Below, piece by piece: positions 56,675 to 63,602 of a stretch of 64,000 bases of DNA. The notes below the pieces were generated by a model. That model was given only the letters and a program-made list of their open reading frames with translations, did no database searches and was not told the origin of the DNA. The DNA comes from a virus. The DNA lies in the IMG/VR virus record IMGVR_UViG_3300042315_000201. One strand, 5' to 3'. The number at the start of each line of letters is the position of its first letter. Within the stretch, counting starts at the first letter, position 1. The translations under genes and the position numbers were made by a program.

Positions 56675-58252
56675 TTATAGGTTTCCTGTTGCTATGAATG
56701 TGTTTGCTGCCATCATTCTCTTTAATGTAAAACTTGATTGCGGAGGCAATAAAGTGCCAATAGCATTATTTAATATATTACCATTAGGAATAACAGTTAA
56801 TGTTACGCCGGCTAATGTTACAAATGTACATTCAAATCCAGCCGCTAGCGAGGTGGCTGGCATTGTTAATGTCTGATTAACTGTTGTCTTGAATATAATT
56901 ATTCCTCCGCTATCAGCATTTGTTAGTATATGTCCTGATGTTGTTTCAGTTACAAGTCTATTATTTGCTGCTGTTGCAACAAACTCTGTTGTAGCTAGCG
57001 TAGTGTTGTTTGTTCCAGCAACCTGTGTTACTCCAGTAGCTCCGATAGGGAGTGACGGTGTTCCGGTAAATGTTTGCGAGTTTACATTTGCCTTTCCGTT
57101 AAATGTAGCAAAGGTTTCTTTAGTTATGTAACCATCAGTAAGATTTGTTGCTACTGATATACCTATAACTCCAGTTGTTGTTATAGTTCCGCCCGTAAGT
57201 GGAGCACTTGCAGTTATAGGCGTAAGACTACCTGAAGATCCTTGAGCACCAGTAAGTCCTTGAATTCCTTGCGCTCCTTGAACACCTTGCGCTCCTTGCG
57301 AAGCTAGCAACGCCCAATTAGCATCTAAGTTTGGAGGAGTAGATCCTGAAGTAGCGAGTATACAGAAGTAAGATGCCCCGTTGTACCCAACTGCATCATC
57401 TGCAATATAAGATGTTCCTAAAGCCCATGGTCCACGCCATTCTAATCCAGCAGGCCCAACAGCTCCGTCTACCCCAGCAGGACCCTGAATTCCCTGCGGA
57501 CCTTGAGTTCCTTGATTCCCCTGCATTCCTTGATTCCCTTGATCGCCTTTAATACCTTGAATTCCTTGAATCCCTTGGTTTCCCTGAATTCCTTGAGCAC
57601 CTTGCGGCCCTTGAGTTCCTATTTGTCCTGCAGTTCCTTGTGCGCCGGTTGGACCTGCAGCTCCTGCTGCTCCATTTAATCCCGCTTGCCCTTGTGCTCC
57701 TTGCGAAGCTAGCAATGCCCAATTAGTTGTATCTAAGTCTGGAGTTATAGTTCCAGAAGTAGCTAGTTTACAAAACCAAGATGCTCCATTATAACCTACC
57801 GCATCATCTGCAATGTAGGAAGTTTCTGATGTCCATGCTCCTCGCCAATTTAAACCTGCTGGTCCAACGGGTCCTAATAATCCTTGAGCACCTTGAATGC
57901 CTTGAGTTCCTGTTGGTCCTGTTTCTCCCTGAATACCAGCAATACCAGCAATACCTTGAGGTCCTTCAACACCTTGTACTCCACGTAATCCTTGTTCTCC
58001 TTGTTCTCCTTCAATACCTTGAGGTCCTTCAATTCCTTGTTCTCCTTGTTCTCCTTGTGGTCCAGTAAGCCCTTGAAGTCCTTGTGGGCCACGTGGTCCG
58101 GCAACACCATTGCTAGCTAGTTCAACTATAGAACCCACAGTAAATGTTCTTGTTCTAGGTGTTCCTTCGCCACCTTCTTCAACCATTTCTGTGCCTACTA
58201 AAAGATCTTGTATTTCCGGTGTTGCAGTGGGGTAACTGTATGCTATTGCCAT
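56675..58252 (-). CDS. collagen-like tail fibre with duplicated small aromatic module
   Basis: Long Gly-X-Y tracts interrupted by two copies of W.G.W..TSYIADDAVGYNGAS.FC..W. Confidence 0.85.
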   Translation of the reverse strand: MAIAYSYPTATPEIQDLLVGTEMVEEGGEGTPRTRTFTVGSIVELASNGVAGPRGPQGLQGLTGPQGEQGEQGIEGPQGIEGEQGEQGLRGVQGVEGPQGIAGIAGIQGETGPTGTQGIQGAQGLLGPVGPAGLNWRGAWTSETSYIADDAVGYNGASWFCKLATSGTITPDLDTTNWALLASQGAQGQAGLNGAAGAAGPTGAQGTAGQIGTQGPQGAQGIQGNQGIQGIQGIKGDQGNQGMQGNQGTQGPQGIQGPAGVDGAVGPAGLEWRGPWALGTSYIADDAVGYNGASYFCILATSGSTPPNLDANWALLASQGAQGVQGAQGIQGLTGAQGSSGSLTPITASAPLTGGTITTTGVIGISVATNLTDGYITKETFATFNGKANVNSQTFTGTPSLPIGATGVTQVAGTNNTTLATTEFVATAANNRLVTETTSGHILTNADSGGIIIFKTTVNQTLTMPATSLAAGFECTFVTLAGVTLTVIPNGNILNNAIGTLLPPQSSFTLKRMMAANTFIATGNL

Positions 58253-58269
58253 TTTTTATTTTTTATATA

Positions 58270-58542
58270 TTAACAATTCCACTTGTCTAACGCAAGTTTT
58301 TTTCTTGTTGGTTCTCCGTTTGGTTTTTTCATTGGGCCTGGCATACCAGACATTCTAGCGCAAAAAGATTTACGTCTCTTCGCGTCTTTACTGCCTGCCT
58401 TTAATTCCGATGGTTTTTTAGTAACCGCGGTTTGTAATTTAGATCCTGGGTTCTCTCTTCTATATGAAGCAACTCCTTTAGCATTTAATCCGCCTTTTGG
58501 ATCTTTGCCTTCTTTGCGTGTCCACGCTGCTGTCTTTGCCAT
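58270..58542 (-). CDS. small basic protein, DUF6321-like
   Basis: MAKTAAWTRKEGKDPKGGLNAKG...RRKSFCARM...LALDKWNC; start refined to ATG at 58542. Confidence 0.7.
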   Translation of the reverse strand: MAKTAAWTRKEGKDPKGGLNAKGVASYRRENPGSKLQTAVTKKPSELKAGSKDAKRRKSFCARMSGMPGPMKKPNGEPTRKKLALDKWNC

Positions 58543-58543
58543 A

Positions 58544-59092
58544 CTATTTTTTATTTGATTTATTATACTCATTAGTTGCGGCAATACCTGCGGTTGGCGC
58601 GGCATGAGCTACTAGGTTTTTTGTCAATTTTGACACAAGTGGTTTAGAAATACTTTTTGCAAGTTTTAAACCTTGACTAGCCGCCTTTGCTTTGCCTACT
58701 AAGGGTATTGCCCCCGCTATATCAAAAGCGTCTCCTATTGCTCTACTTGTGTTCCATTCATATCCTTTTTGGGATTTAACACCAATAGCAGAACCTGTCA
58801 TTTTAGCTAAGTCTACAAAGCCTCTTTTAGCTTCCTTCCATTGACTAATGCCTGTTGGATCCAACAAAGATTGCACCCCAGCGTTAGGTTGATTTCTTTC
58901 GTAGTCCTGCCTCTTCTGTGTAGCCTTTTGAGAATCTTTGTTTTTAAGTATATTAGTTTCATCAGGTGACACTTCAGTATTGCCCCTGTAATAATGTGTT
59001 TCAGATTTACCTTCTTTGTTAAGGCTTTGCTTTGAAGTTACTTTTTTTGTAATATCTTGCTGAGGTGATTGACTCCTTAATTGAAAACCCAT
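58544..59092 (-). CDS. hypothetical virion protein
   Basis: 182 aa; LDPTG...DIAGAIPLVGKAK segment. Confidence 0.6.
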   Translation of the reverse strand: MGFQLRSQSPQQDITKKVTSKQSLNKEGKSETHYYRGNTEVSPDETNILKNKDSQKATQKRQDYERNQPNAGVQSLLDPTGISQWKEAKRGFVDLAKMTGSAIGVKSQKGYEWNTSRAIGDAFDIAGAIPLVGKAKAASQGLKLAKSISKPLVSKLTKNLVAHAAPTAGIAATNEYNKSNKK

Positions 59093-59093
59093 C

Positions 59094-59345
59094 TTATTTC
59101 TTCTTATCTATTTTATACTTCTTACCACTTTCCTTCTTAGTGCCTTCACCGTCATTCCCTCTATTCTGTTTTACAGATTCAAACCTACCATCCTTATGGT
59201 CATAGTCTTTCCCTTTATTCCCAGGACTCGCTCGATGCATTCTTTGAGAGTGCGCTTTCTTATTTTTTCTATCCTCAGTTTTAGCATAAGCCAAATCCCG
59301 CACAGCTTTTGCTTTAGCCGCAGCAGGCGATAATTTCTGTGCCAT
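59094..59345 (-). CDS. small basic protein, degenerate HNH-like
   Basis: GKDYDHKDG..ES..QNRG; first gene of the late operon. Confidence 0.55.
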   Translation of the reverse strand: MAQKLSPAAAKAKAVRDLAYAKTEDRKNKKAHSQRMHRASPGNKGKDYDHKDGRFESVKQNRGNDGEGTKKESGKKYKIDKKK

Positions 59346-59409
59346 ATCTTAATTTTAGTATAGTTATATACTCACGCAACAAACCTAAATCTTACGCATC
59401 GTAAAAACA

Positions 59410-59453
59410 GGGACGTTAGCCTACTACTATATAATATAACTAGCTAATGTCGC
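59410..59453. repeat. 44-bp inverted-repeat element, copy 2
   Basis: GGGACGTTAGC-N22-GCTAATGTCGC, 65 nt upstream of the first late gene. Confidence 0.8.
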
Positions 59454-59619
59454 TATTCTACTTAAAGTAAAATATAATTTACAAAAGGACAGGTATTCGT
59501 AAACTGTATCTTACCTTGTAAAAAAAAATATAATAAAAAATTTTTTAGTAGCGCCGGCGTAGTCAGTGGTGGTGTTGAATGTGTATTGTCAGATATATAT
59601 AATTAAGGGGCTACACGCG

Positions 59620-60275
59620 TATTTCATTTCCCGAATTCGTAAACGGAATTGAATCGGTTTCCGTGGGGGTGCCTTCCTTTTTTCGGGTTTCCCAAAACGG
59701 TTTGGGTTTTCCCTGGGAATCCTGGAAACGGTCTGGCTTTCCTGGCTGGTGTCGGCTGGTGCTGGTGTGGCATGCTGGTGCTTGGCGCCGTGTCGGTGTG
59801 TGTGCTGGTGTGTGTGTGTGTCGCTGCCGTACGTGTATGTGTGTGTGTCATGTGTATGTATGTGTACGTATGCCGTGTGATTGTTATGATCTGCTGCCGT
59901 GCGTATGTTATGATCTCGTGCGTATGTACGTTATTATGTACGATATGACACGATATGTACGTAATACGATACGTTTCCGTGTGGTGTGGTTATGTGCGTT
60001 ATGTGGCACTATTACGTACGAATATGTGTACGATATGGCATTAACTCGTACGAATATGCGTTATGTGGCATTATGTTGTACGTATACGTCCAGGATCTGG
60101 CGTAATGCGTGTTAGTGCGCGTTATATGGCATCATGTTCCGTGTATGATTCCTGCATGATTCCGTTCCCGTGGGCAGGACTCCTGTGTGTGTGTTCCCGT
60201 TCCCGATTCGTACGATACGTAATACGATTACGTGCGGAGCACGCGCGAAGCGTGTATAGCAACGCGTATAGCATT
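59620..60275. repeat. non-coding GT-rich, purine-pyrimidine-alternating repeat region (candidate terminus/origin)
   Basis: A-poor (GT)n tracts, GCTGGTG five times, duplicated TGCGTTATGTGGCA, CGTACGAATATG and TACGTAATACGAT; lies at the divergence point. Confidence 0.7.
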
Positions 60276-60277
60276 TC

Positions 60278-60310
60278 CTACAGTACGAATACGAAGTGTA
60301 TTTGATAATA
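60278..60310 (+). promoter_or_regulatory. early promoter-like motif
   Basis: CTACAGTACGAATACGA-N8-TGATAATA. Confidence 0.75.
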
Positions 60311-60345
60311 TATATGAATCTAAATAACAACTTAAATTAAATAAA

Positions 60346-60453
60346 ATGACAAATCTACAAAAATTACAAGAAATCAAAAAACTTACAAATGATCAAGTAT
60401 TGTTAGAATATATCAATGTTCTAATATCTATCGAATTAGAATATGAAAGTTAA
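60346..60453 (+). CDS. 35-aa early protein (not in ORF track)
   Basis: MTNLQKLQEIKKLTNDQVLLEYINVLISIELEYES*; follows a promoter motif. Confidence 0.5.
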   Translation: MTNLQKLQEIKKLTNDQVLLEYINVLISIELEYES

Positions 60454-60454
60454 T

Positions 60455-60487
60455 CTACAATAAGAATACGAAGTACAATCGATAATA
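60455..60487 (+). promoter_or_regulatory. early promoter-like motif
   Basis: CTACAATAAGAATACGA-N8-CGATAATA. Confidence 0.7.
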
Positions 60488-60511
60488 TATATGAATATAA
60501 AAACAAACAAA

Positions 60512-60625
60512 ATGTCAGATCAAGAATTAGAATTACTATGTCAAGAAGAAGAGATCTACGTACAAGCGTGGAGATCAAGCCTAACTCAAGAACAATTAAA
60601 CCAACTAAACGAATACATCGCATGA
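60512..60625 (+). CDS. 37-aa early protein (not in ORF track)
   Basis: MSDQELELLCQEEEIYVQAWRSSLTQEQLNQLNEYIA*; ATGA overlap with the next ORF. Confidence 0.5.
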   Translation: MSDQELELLCQEEEIYVQAWRSSLTQEQLNQLNEYIA

Positions 60626-60825
60626 AAAGATTAAATGATTTACATCCACAAACGAGACTCGACATGATCGAGGAAACAAGATGGCAATTCGGCCAAGAGC
60701 ACGTGCAACATTGCATAGACACTAATGCTGAGATCAACGGCATGTGTGCATGGTCCAGGACTCGGCAAGGAGCTTCATACTGGGCATGGGTTGACTCCGA
60801 GGAGTTCGATCCAGCACTGAACTAA
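60622..60825 (+). CDS. early protein, paralog of 62645-62860
   Basis: Start refined to 60622; INGMCAWSRTRQGASYW motif. Confidence 0.6.
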   Translation: MKRLNDLHPQTRLDMIEETRWQFGQEHVQHCIDTNAEINGMCAWSRTRQGASYWAWVDSEEFDPALN

Positions 60826-60927
60826 CATAACGGAATTCGGTCCTTTAATCGGGATCTTTTTACTCCACTCGATGGAATTGGCAGCCGGGACCGTGCGAGC
60901 TTGCGAGCTACGCAACGCGTATAGCAT

Positions 60928-60960
60928 TTACAGTCTAAACACGAGGTCAATTTGATAATA
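60928..60960 (+). promoter_or_regulatory. early promoter-like motif
   Basis: TTACAGTCTAAACACGA-N8-TGATAATA. Confidence 0.7.
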
Positions 60961-61010
60961 TATATGTAAGTAACAAAGTAACAAACTAATTTAAATAAAA
61001 ATAAAGTAAC

Positions 61011-61043
61011 TTACAAAACCAATACGAATTGAATTTGATAATA
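61011..61043 (+). promoter_or_regulatory. early promoter-like motif
   Basis: TTACAAAACCAATACGA-N8-TGATAATA. Confidence 0.75.
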
Positions 61044-61079
61044 ATAATGTAAATAAATAACAACTTAAATTAAATAACT

Positions 61080-61397
61080 ATGAACAATCAAGAATTATTA
61101 CAACAAGCGATCGCTAAATTATCAACTGAAGAATTGGCTTTGATCTATCCACCGATCGAACGAGCTAACTTTGTAGTCAGAAAGAATTGGTTAGGCCGAA
61201 ATCAAGTTATAACTTTCATCAACAATAAAAATCAGAAAGTAACTTACAATCACGATGAAGTTCTGAATGTTATGCTTCCAAAGCTATCAATAATGCCATG
61301 TTGGATTAAAAGACAATACTGGTCACAATCTACTGATATGCCAAGTAATGTCAGACATCTAGCTAAAATTGAAGTCTTAGAGTCTACTGAAAAGTAG
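61080..61397 (+). CDS. early hypothetical protein
   Basis: 105 aa downstream of tandem promoter motifs. Confidence 0.75.
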   Translation: MNNQELLQQAIAKLSTEELALIYPPIERANFVVRKNWLGRNQVITFINNKNQKVTYNHDEVLNVMLPKLSIMPCWIKRQYWSQSTDMPSNVRHLAKIEVLESTEK

Positions 61398-61427
61398 GCT
61401 TTAAGCTCAAACAAAAATGCTATACAT

Positions 61428-61460
61428 TTACAGAACGAATACGAAGTACAATTGATAATA
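61428..61460 (+). promoter_or_regulatory. early promoter-like motif
   Basis: TTACAGAACGAATACGA-N8-TGATAATA. Confidence 0.78.
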
Positions 61461-61484
61461 ATAATGAATCTAAAATAAACAACT

Positions 61485-61628
61485 ATGCAATTAACAAATC
61501 TAGCTTACAAATTAGCCACTAAGCACGGCTACAAGTACACACGTACAACTGAATTCATGATCCTGAGCTATTCAGATCAAATCAAACTAAGTAACTTAAT
61601 CAGATTTATACTAGAACAAGAAAGATAA
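61485..61628 (+). CDS. 47-aa early protein (not in ORF track)
   Basis: MQLTNLAYKLATKHGYKYTRTTEFMILSYSDQIKLSNLIRFILEQER*. Confidence 0.55.
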   Translation: MQLTNLAYKLATKHGYKYTRTTEFMILSYSDQIKLSNLIRFILEQER

Positions 61629-61631
61629 GAT

Positions 61632-61844
61632 ATGATAACAAAAATAATCTTTGTATGGTACCTGATGACAGGTGCTATACACTCGGAAGGGTTCAACTCG
61701 GATCTAAGTCGTGAGCAATACACAATACACAAACAAGATAGGGAGTATCCTGATGTAACAATGCATGTCGAAAACGCATACAAAGAAGAAATTCTACACT
61801 GGATCGAAACTGGTAAGTTTGTATATGATGAAGATATGAAATAA
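61632..61844 (+). CDS. early hypothetical protein
   Basis: 70 aa with a hydrophobic N-terminus. Confidence 0.6.
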   Translation: MITKIIFVWYLMTGAIHSEGFNSDLSREQYTIHKQDREYPDVTMHVENAYKEEILHWIETGKFVYDEDMK

Positions 61845-61857
61845 TATGTAGAAAAGT

Positions 61858-61901
61858 GCGACGTTAGCCTGCTATTAGTAGTTATAAGCAGCTAATGTCA
61901 C
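61858..61901. repeat. 44-bp inverted-repeat element, copy 3
   Basis: GCGACGTTAGC-N22-GCTAATGTCAC. Confidence 0.85.
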
Positions 61902-61992
61902 TCTTTTTGCTATACACTATATTAGCCTGGCTTTGAGATAGCGCCGGAAGAGTAGACTCCGTCCTACAACACAGTTAAATTCAACTAAAATA

Positions 61993-62036
61993 GCGACGTT
62001 AGCCTACTATTATCTAGTATAACACCCTAATGTCAC
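61993..62036. repeat. 44-bp inverted-repeat element, copy 4
   Basis: GCGACGTTAGC-N22-CCTAATGTCAC. Confidence 0.8.
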
Positions 62037-62077
62037 CTTTTTCAACGATCTTACACGGTAAACGTGTATAGCACCGC

Positions 62078-62110
62078 TTACAAAACGAACACGAGACCAA
62101 TTTGATAATA
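62078..62110 (+). promoter_or_regulatory. early promoter-like motif
   Basis: TTACAAAACGAACACGA-N8-TGATAATA. Confidence 0.78.
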
Positions 62111-62134
62111 ATGATGTAACTAAAAACAACTACT

Positions 62135-62404
62135 ATGAGCGAATATGAATTAATTGAGAGTAAAACGATCGTGTGGTGCAACCAAGATGACCGCTATGTC
62201 TACATCGAAAAAGTAGGAGACGATATTGTCGGACTAAATTTCATGCAAGGCGAAGAACTCGACGAGTTTAAAAGGTTCTTTTGCAAGAATTGCGTCGAAC
62301 TAACTAAGTTCTACAATGCTATACACCGCTACCTCGGAGGCAAATGCGAGCTCGACCGTATCAACCAAGCTATATGGGCTTACCATTCATACCGAAATGA
62401 CTAA
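62135..62404 (+). CDS. early hypothetical protein
   Basis: 89 aa downstream of a promoter motif. Confidence 0.7.
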   Translation: MSEYELIESKTIVWCNQDDRYVYIEKVGDDIVGLNFMQGEELDEFKRFFCKNCVELTKFYNAIHRYLGGKCELDRINQAIWAYHSYRND

Positions 62405-62467
62405 GGCTTAGTGAAGTCAGGGATTATAACATTATCTCTTTAAAATCGATTAAACATCTATCCACCT

Positions 62468-62500
62468 TTACAAAACGAATACGAGAGTGATTTGATAATA
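62468..62500 (+). promoter_or_regulatory. early promoter-like motif
   Basis: TTACAAAACGAATACGA-N8-TGATAATA. Confidence 0.78.
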
Positions 62501-62528
62501 TAAATGTAACTAACAAAAACTAATTACT

Positions 62529-62642
62529 ATGCAAGATTACTATGGCATTACGGAAGATGAGTATATATTTTACACCCAAGAAATGCAGTCTATGAATACT
62601 GCAATTACAGTGACAAATAAATTAACCTATAAAAACAAGTAA
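62529..62642 (+). CDS. 37-aa early protein (not in ORF track)
   Basis: MQDYYGITEDEYIFYTQEMQSMNTAITVTNKLTYKNK*. Confidence 0.45.
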   Translation: MQDYYGITEDEYIFYTQEMQSMNTAITVTNKLTYKNK

Positions 62643-62644
62643 AT

Positions 62645-62860
62645 ATGACTAGAATAGAATGGATGCGCGGTCTAGATGAGGCGCTTAGACGAAAGATTAT
62701 CGCTAGAATAGTCGATGGTAACGCCAATGTCGATTTTATCGATCAATGGCTGCAAAGTGATGTAGATATTAAAGAAGATGGTATTACTGGTGCATTTACA
62801 TTTTCTACTACAAGAGAGGGTTTAACCTATTGGGAAAGAATTAACGCTAATATTAAATAA
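62645..62860 (+). CDS. early protein, paralog of 60622-60825
   Basis: ITGAFTFSTTREGLTYW motif. Confidence 0.65.
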   Translation: MTRIEWMRGLDEALRRKIIARIVDGNANVDFIDQWLQSDVDIKEDGITGAFTFSTTREGLTYWERINANIK

Positions 62861-62868
62861 AGAAAACT

Positions 62869-62973
62869 ATGGAAAGTGATTGTTGTGGGTCTTACGAATG
62901 GATGGAAGATACAGGTATCTGCGCTGAGTGTGGCGAGCACGCTGATTGGAATAACTATGAAGATGAAGAATAG
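62869..62973 (+). CDS. 34-aa Cys-rich putative zinc-binding peptide (not in ORF track)
   Basis: MESDCCGSYEWMEDTGICAECGEHADWNNYEDEE*. Confidence 0.6.
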   Translation: MESDCCGSYEWMEDTGICAECGEHADWNNYEDEE

Positions 62974-62974
62974 T

Positions 62975-63199
62975 ATGGAAGATATAATTGAATATACAAG
63001 AACATTACGTGACGGTACTACACAAGCTATGTACCGATCAAAGTGGATGAATCAAGAATATCACTCTGATAGCAGAGCAAATATTGAAGAATGGTTAAAC
63101 GAGAAAGTAACTAATGTCGAGAAATACAAGGCTATTAGAGAAGCAGAAGATAAAGCAATCCACTCATTTTTTGAGGGTACATTAACAAGTAAAGATTAA
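62975..63199 (+). CDS. early hypothetical protein
   Basis: Start refined to ATG 62975 after the Cys-rich ORF. Confidence 0.6.
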   Translation: MEDIIEYTRTLRDGTTQAMYRSKWMNQEYHSDSRANIEEWLNEKVTNVEKYKAIREAEDKAIHSFFEGTLTSKD

Positions 63200-63202
63200 G
63201 TT

Positions 63203-63376
63203 ATGAAAGAAGGATATATAGTTAACAAAACTATCGGTACAGGGTTATATATTGAAGTGTACAACTACAAAGCACTCAATGAAATCAGTCATTATAGATA
63301 TTTAACTAACCCGAATATCGACGTAGTAAACAATAGAGTAGGCGTGTGGAAAGCGAAATTAATTAAACAACAATAA
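63203..63376 (+). CDS. 57-aa early protein (not in ORF track)
   Basis: MKEGYIVNKTIGTGLYIEVYNYK...LIKQQ*. Confidence 0.5.
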   Translation: MKEGYIVNKTIGTGLYIEVYNYKALNEISHYRYLTNPNIDVVNNRVGVWKAKLIKQQ

Positions 63377-63377
63377 T

Positions 63378-63539
63378 ATGGAATATAGAATTAGGATTAC
63401 AGAGACAGCGTCTAGAGTGCTATACATCGATGCGATCGACGAACAATCAGCGGTTGATATTGTTAGCGAACAATACGGCAAAGGAGAAATTATATTAGAC
63501 TATGATGACTACGACTGCACCGACATTGAAGCCTTATAA
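63378..63539 (+). CDS. DpnD/PcfM-like small protein (not in ORF track)
   Basis: MEYRIRITETASRVLYIDAIDEQSAVDIVSEQYGKGEIILDYDDY matches the Y.V.I.ET..R.V.V.A..E..A..V..Y..EI.LD pattern. Confidence 0.65.
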   Translation: MEYRIRITETASRVLYIDAIDEQSAVDIVSEQYGKGEIILDYDDYDCTDIEAL

Positions 63540-63544
63540 TACTC

Positions 63545-63577
63545 TTACAGAACGAATACGAATTAAGTTTGATAATA
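63545..63577 (+). promoter_or_regulatory. early promoter-like motif
   Basis: TTACAGAACGAATACGA-N8-TGATAATA. Confidence 0.78.
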
Positions 63578-63602
63578 ATAATGTAACCAATACTAAACAA
63601 CT

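Noticed and set aside
13063-58110. Numerous antisense and alternate-frame ORFs of 60-170 aa in the ORF track
   Set aside because: They lie wholly within well-supported genes and show no motifs; treated as shadow ORFs.
59624-60330. ORFs called on both strands in the GT-rich region
   Set aside because: Translations are V/C/T/H low-complexity artefacts of dinucleotide repeats with atypical composition and no plausible start context.
59549-61947. Shared 9-mer TAGCGCCGG near inverted-repeat copies 2 and 3
   Set aside because: Only two occurrences at different distances from the elements; not distinguishable from chance.
61858-62036. CRISPR mini-array (two 44-bp repeats with a 91-nt spacer)
   Set aside because: Only two adjacent copies, their interiors differ, other copies are dispersed singly, and no cas genes are present; better explained as operator-like sites.
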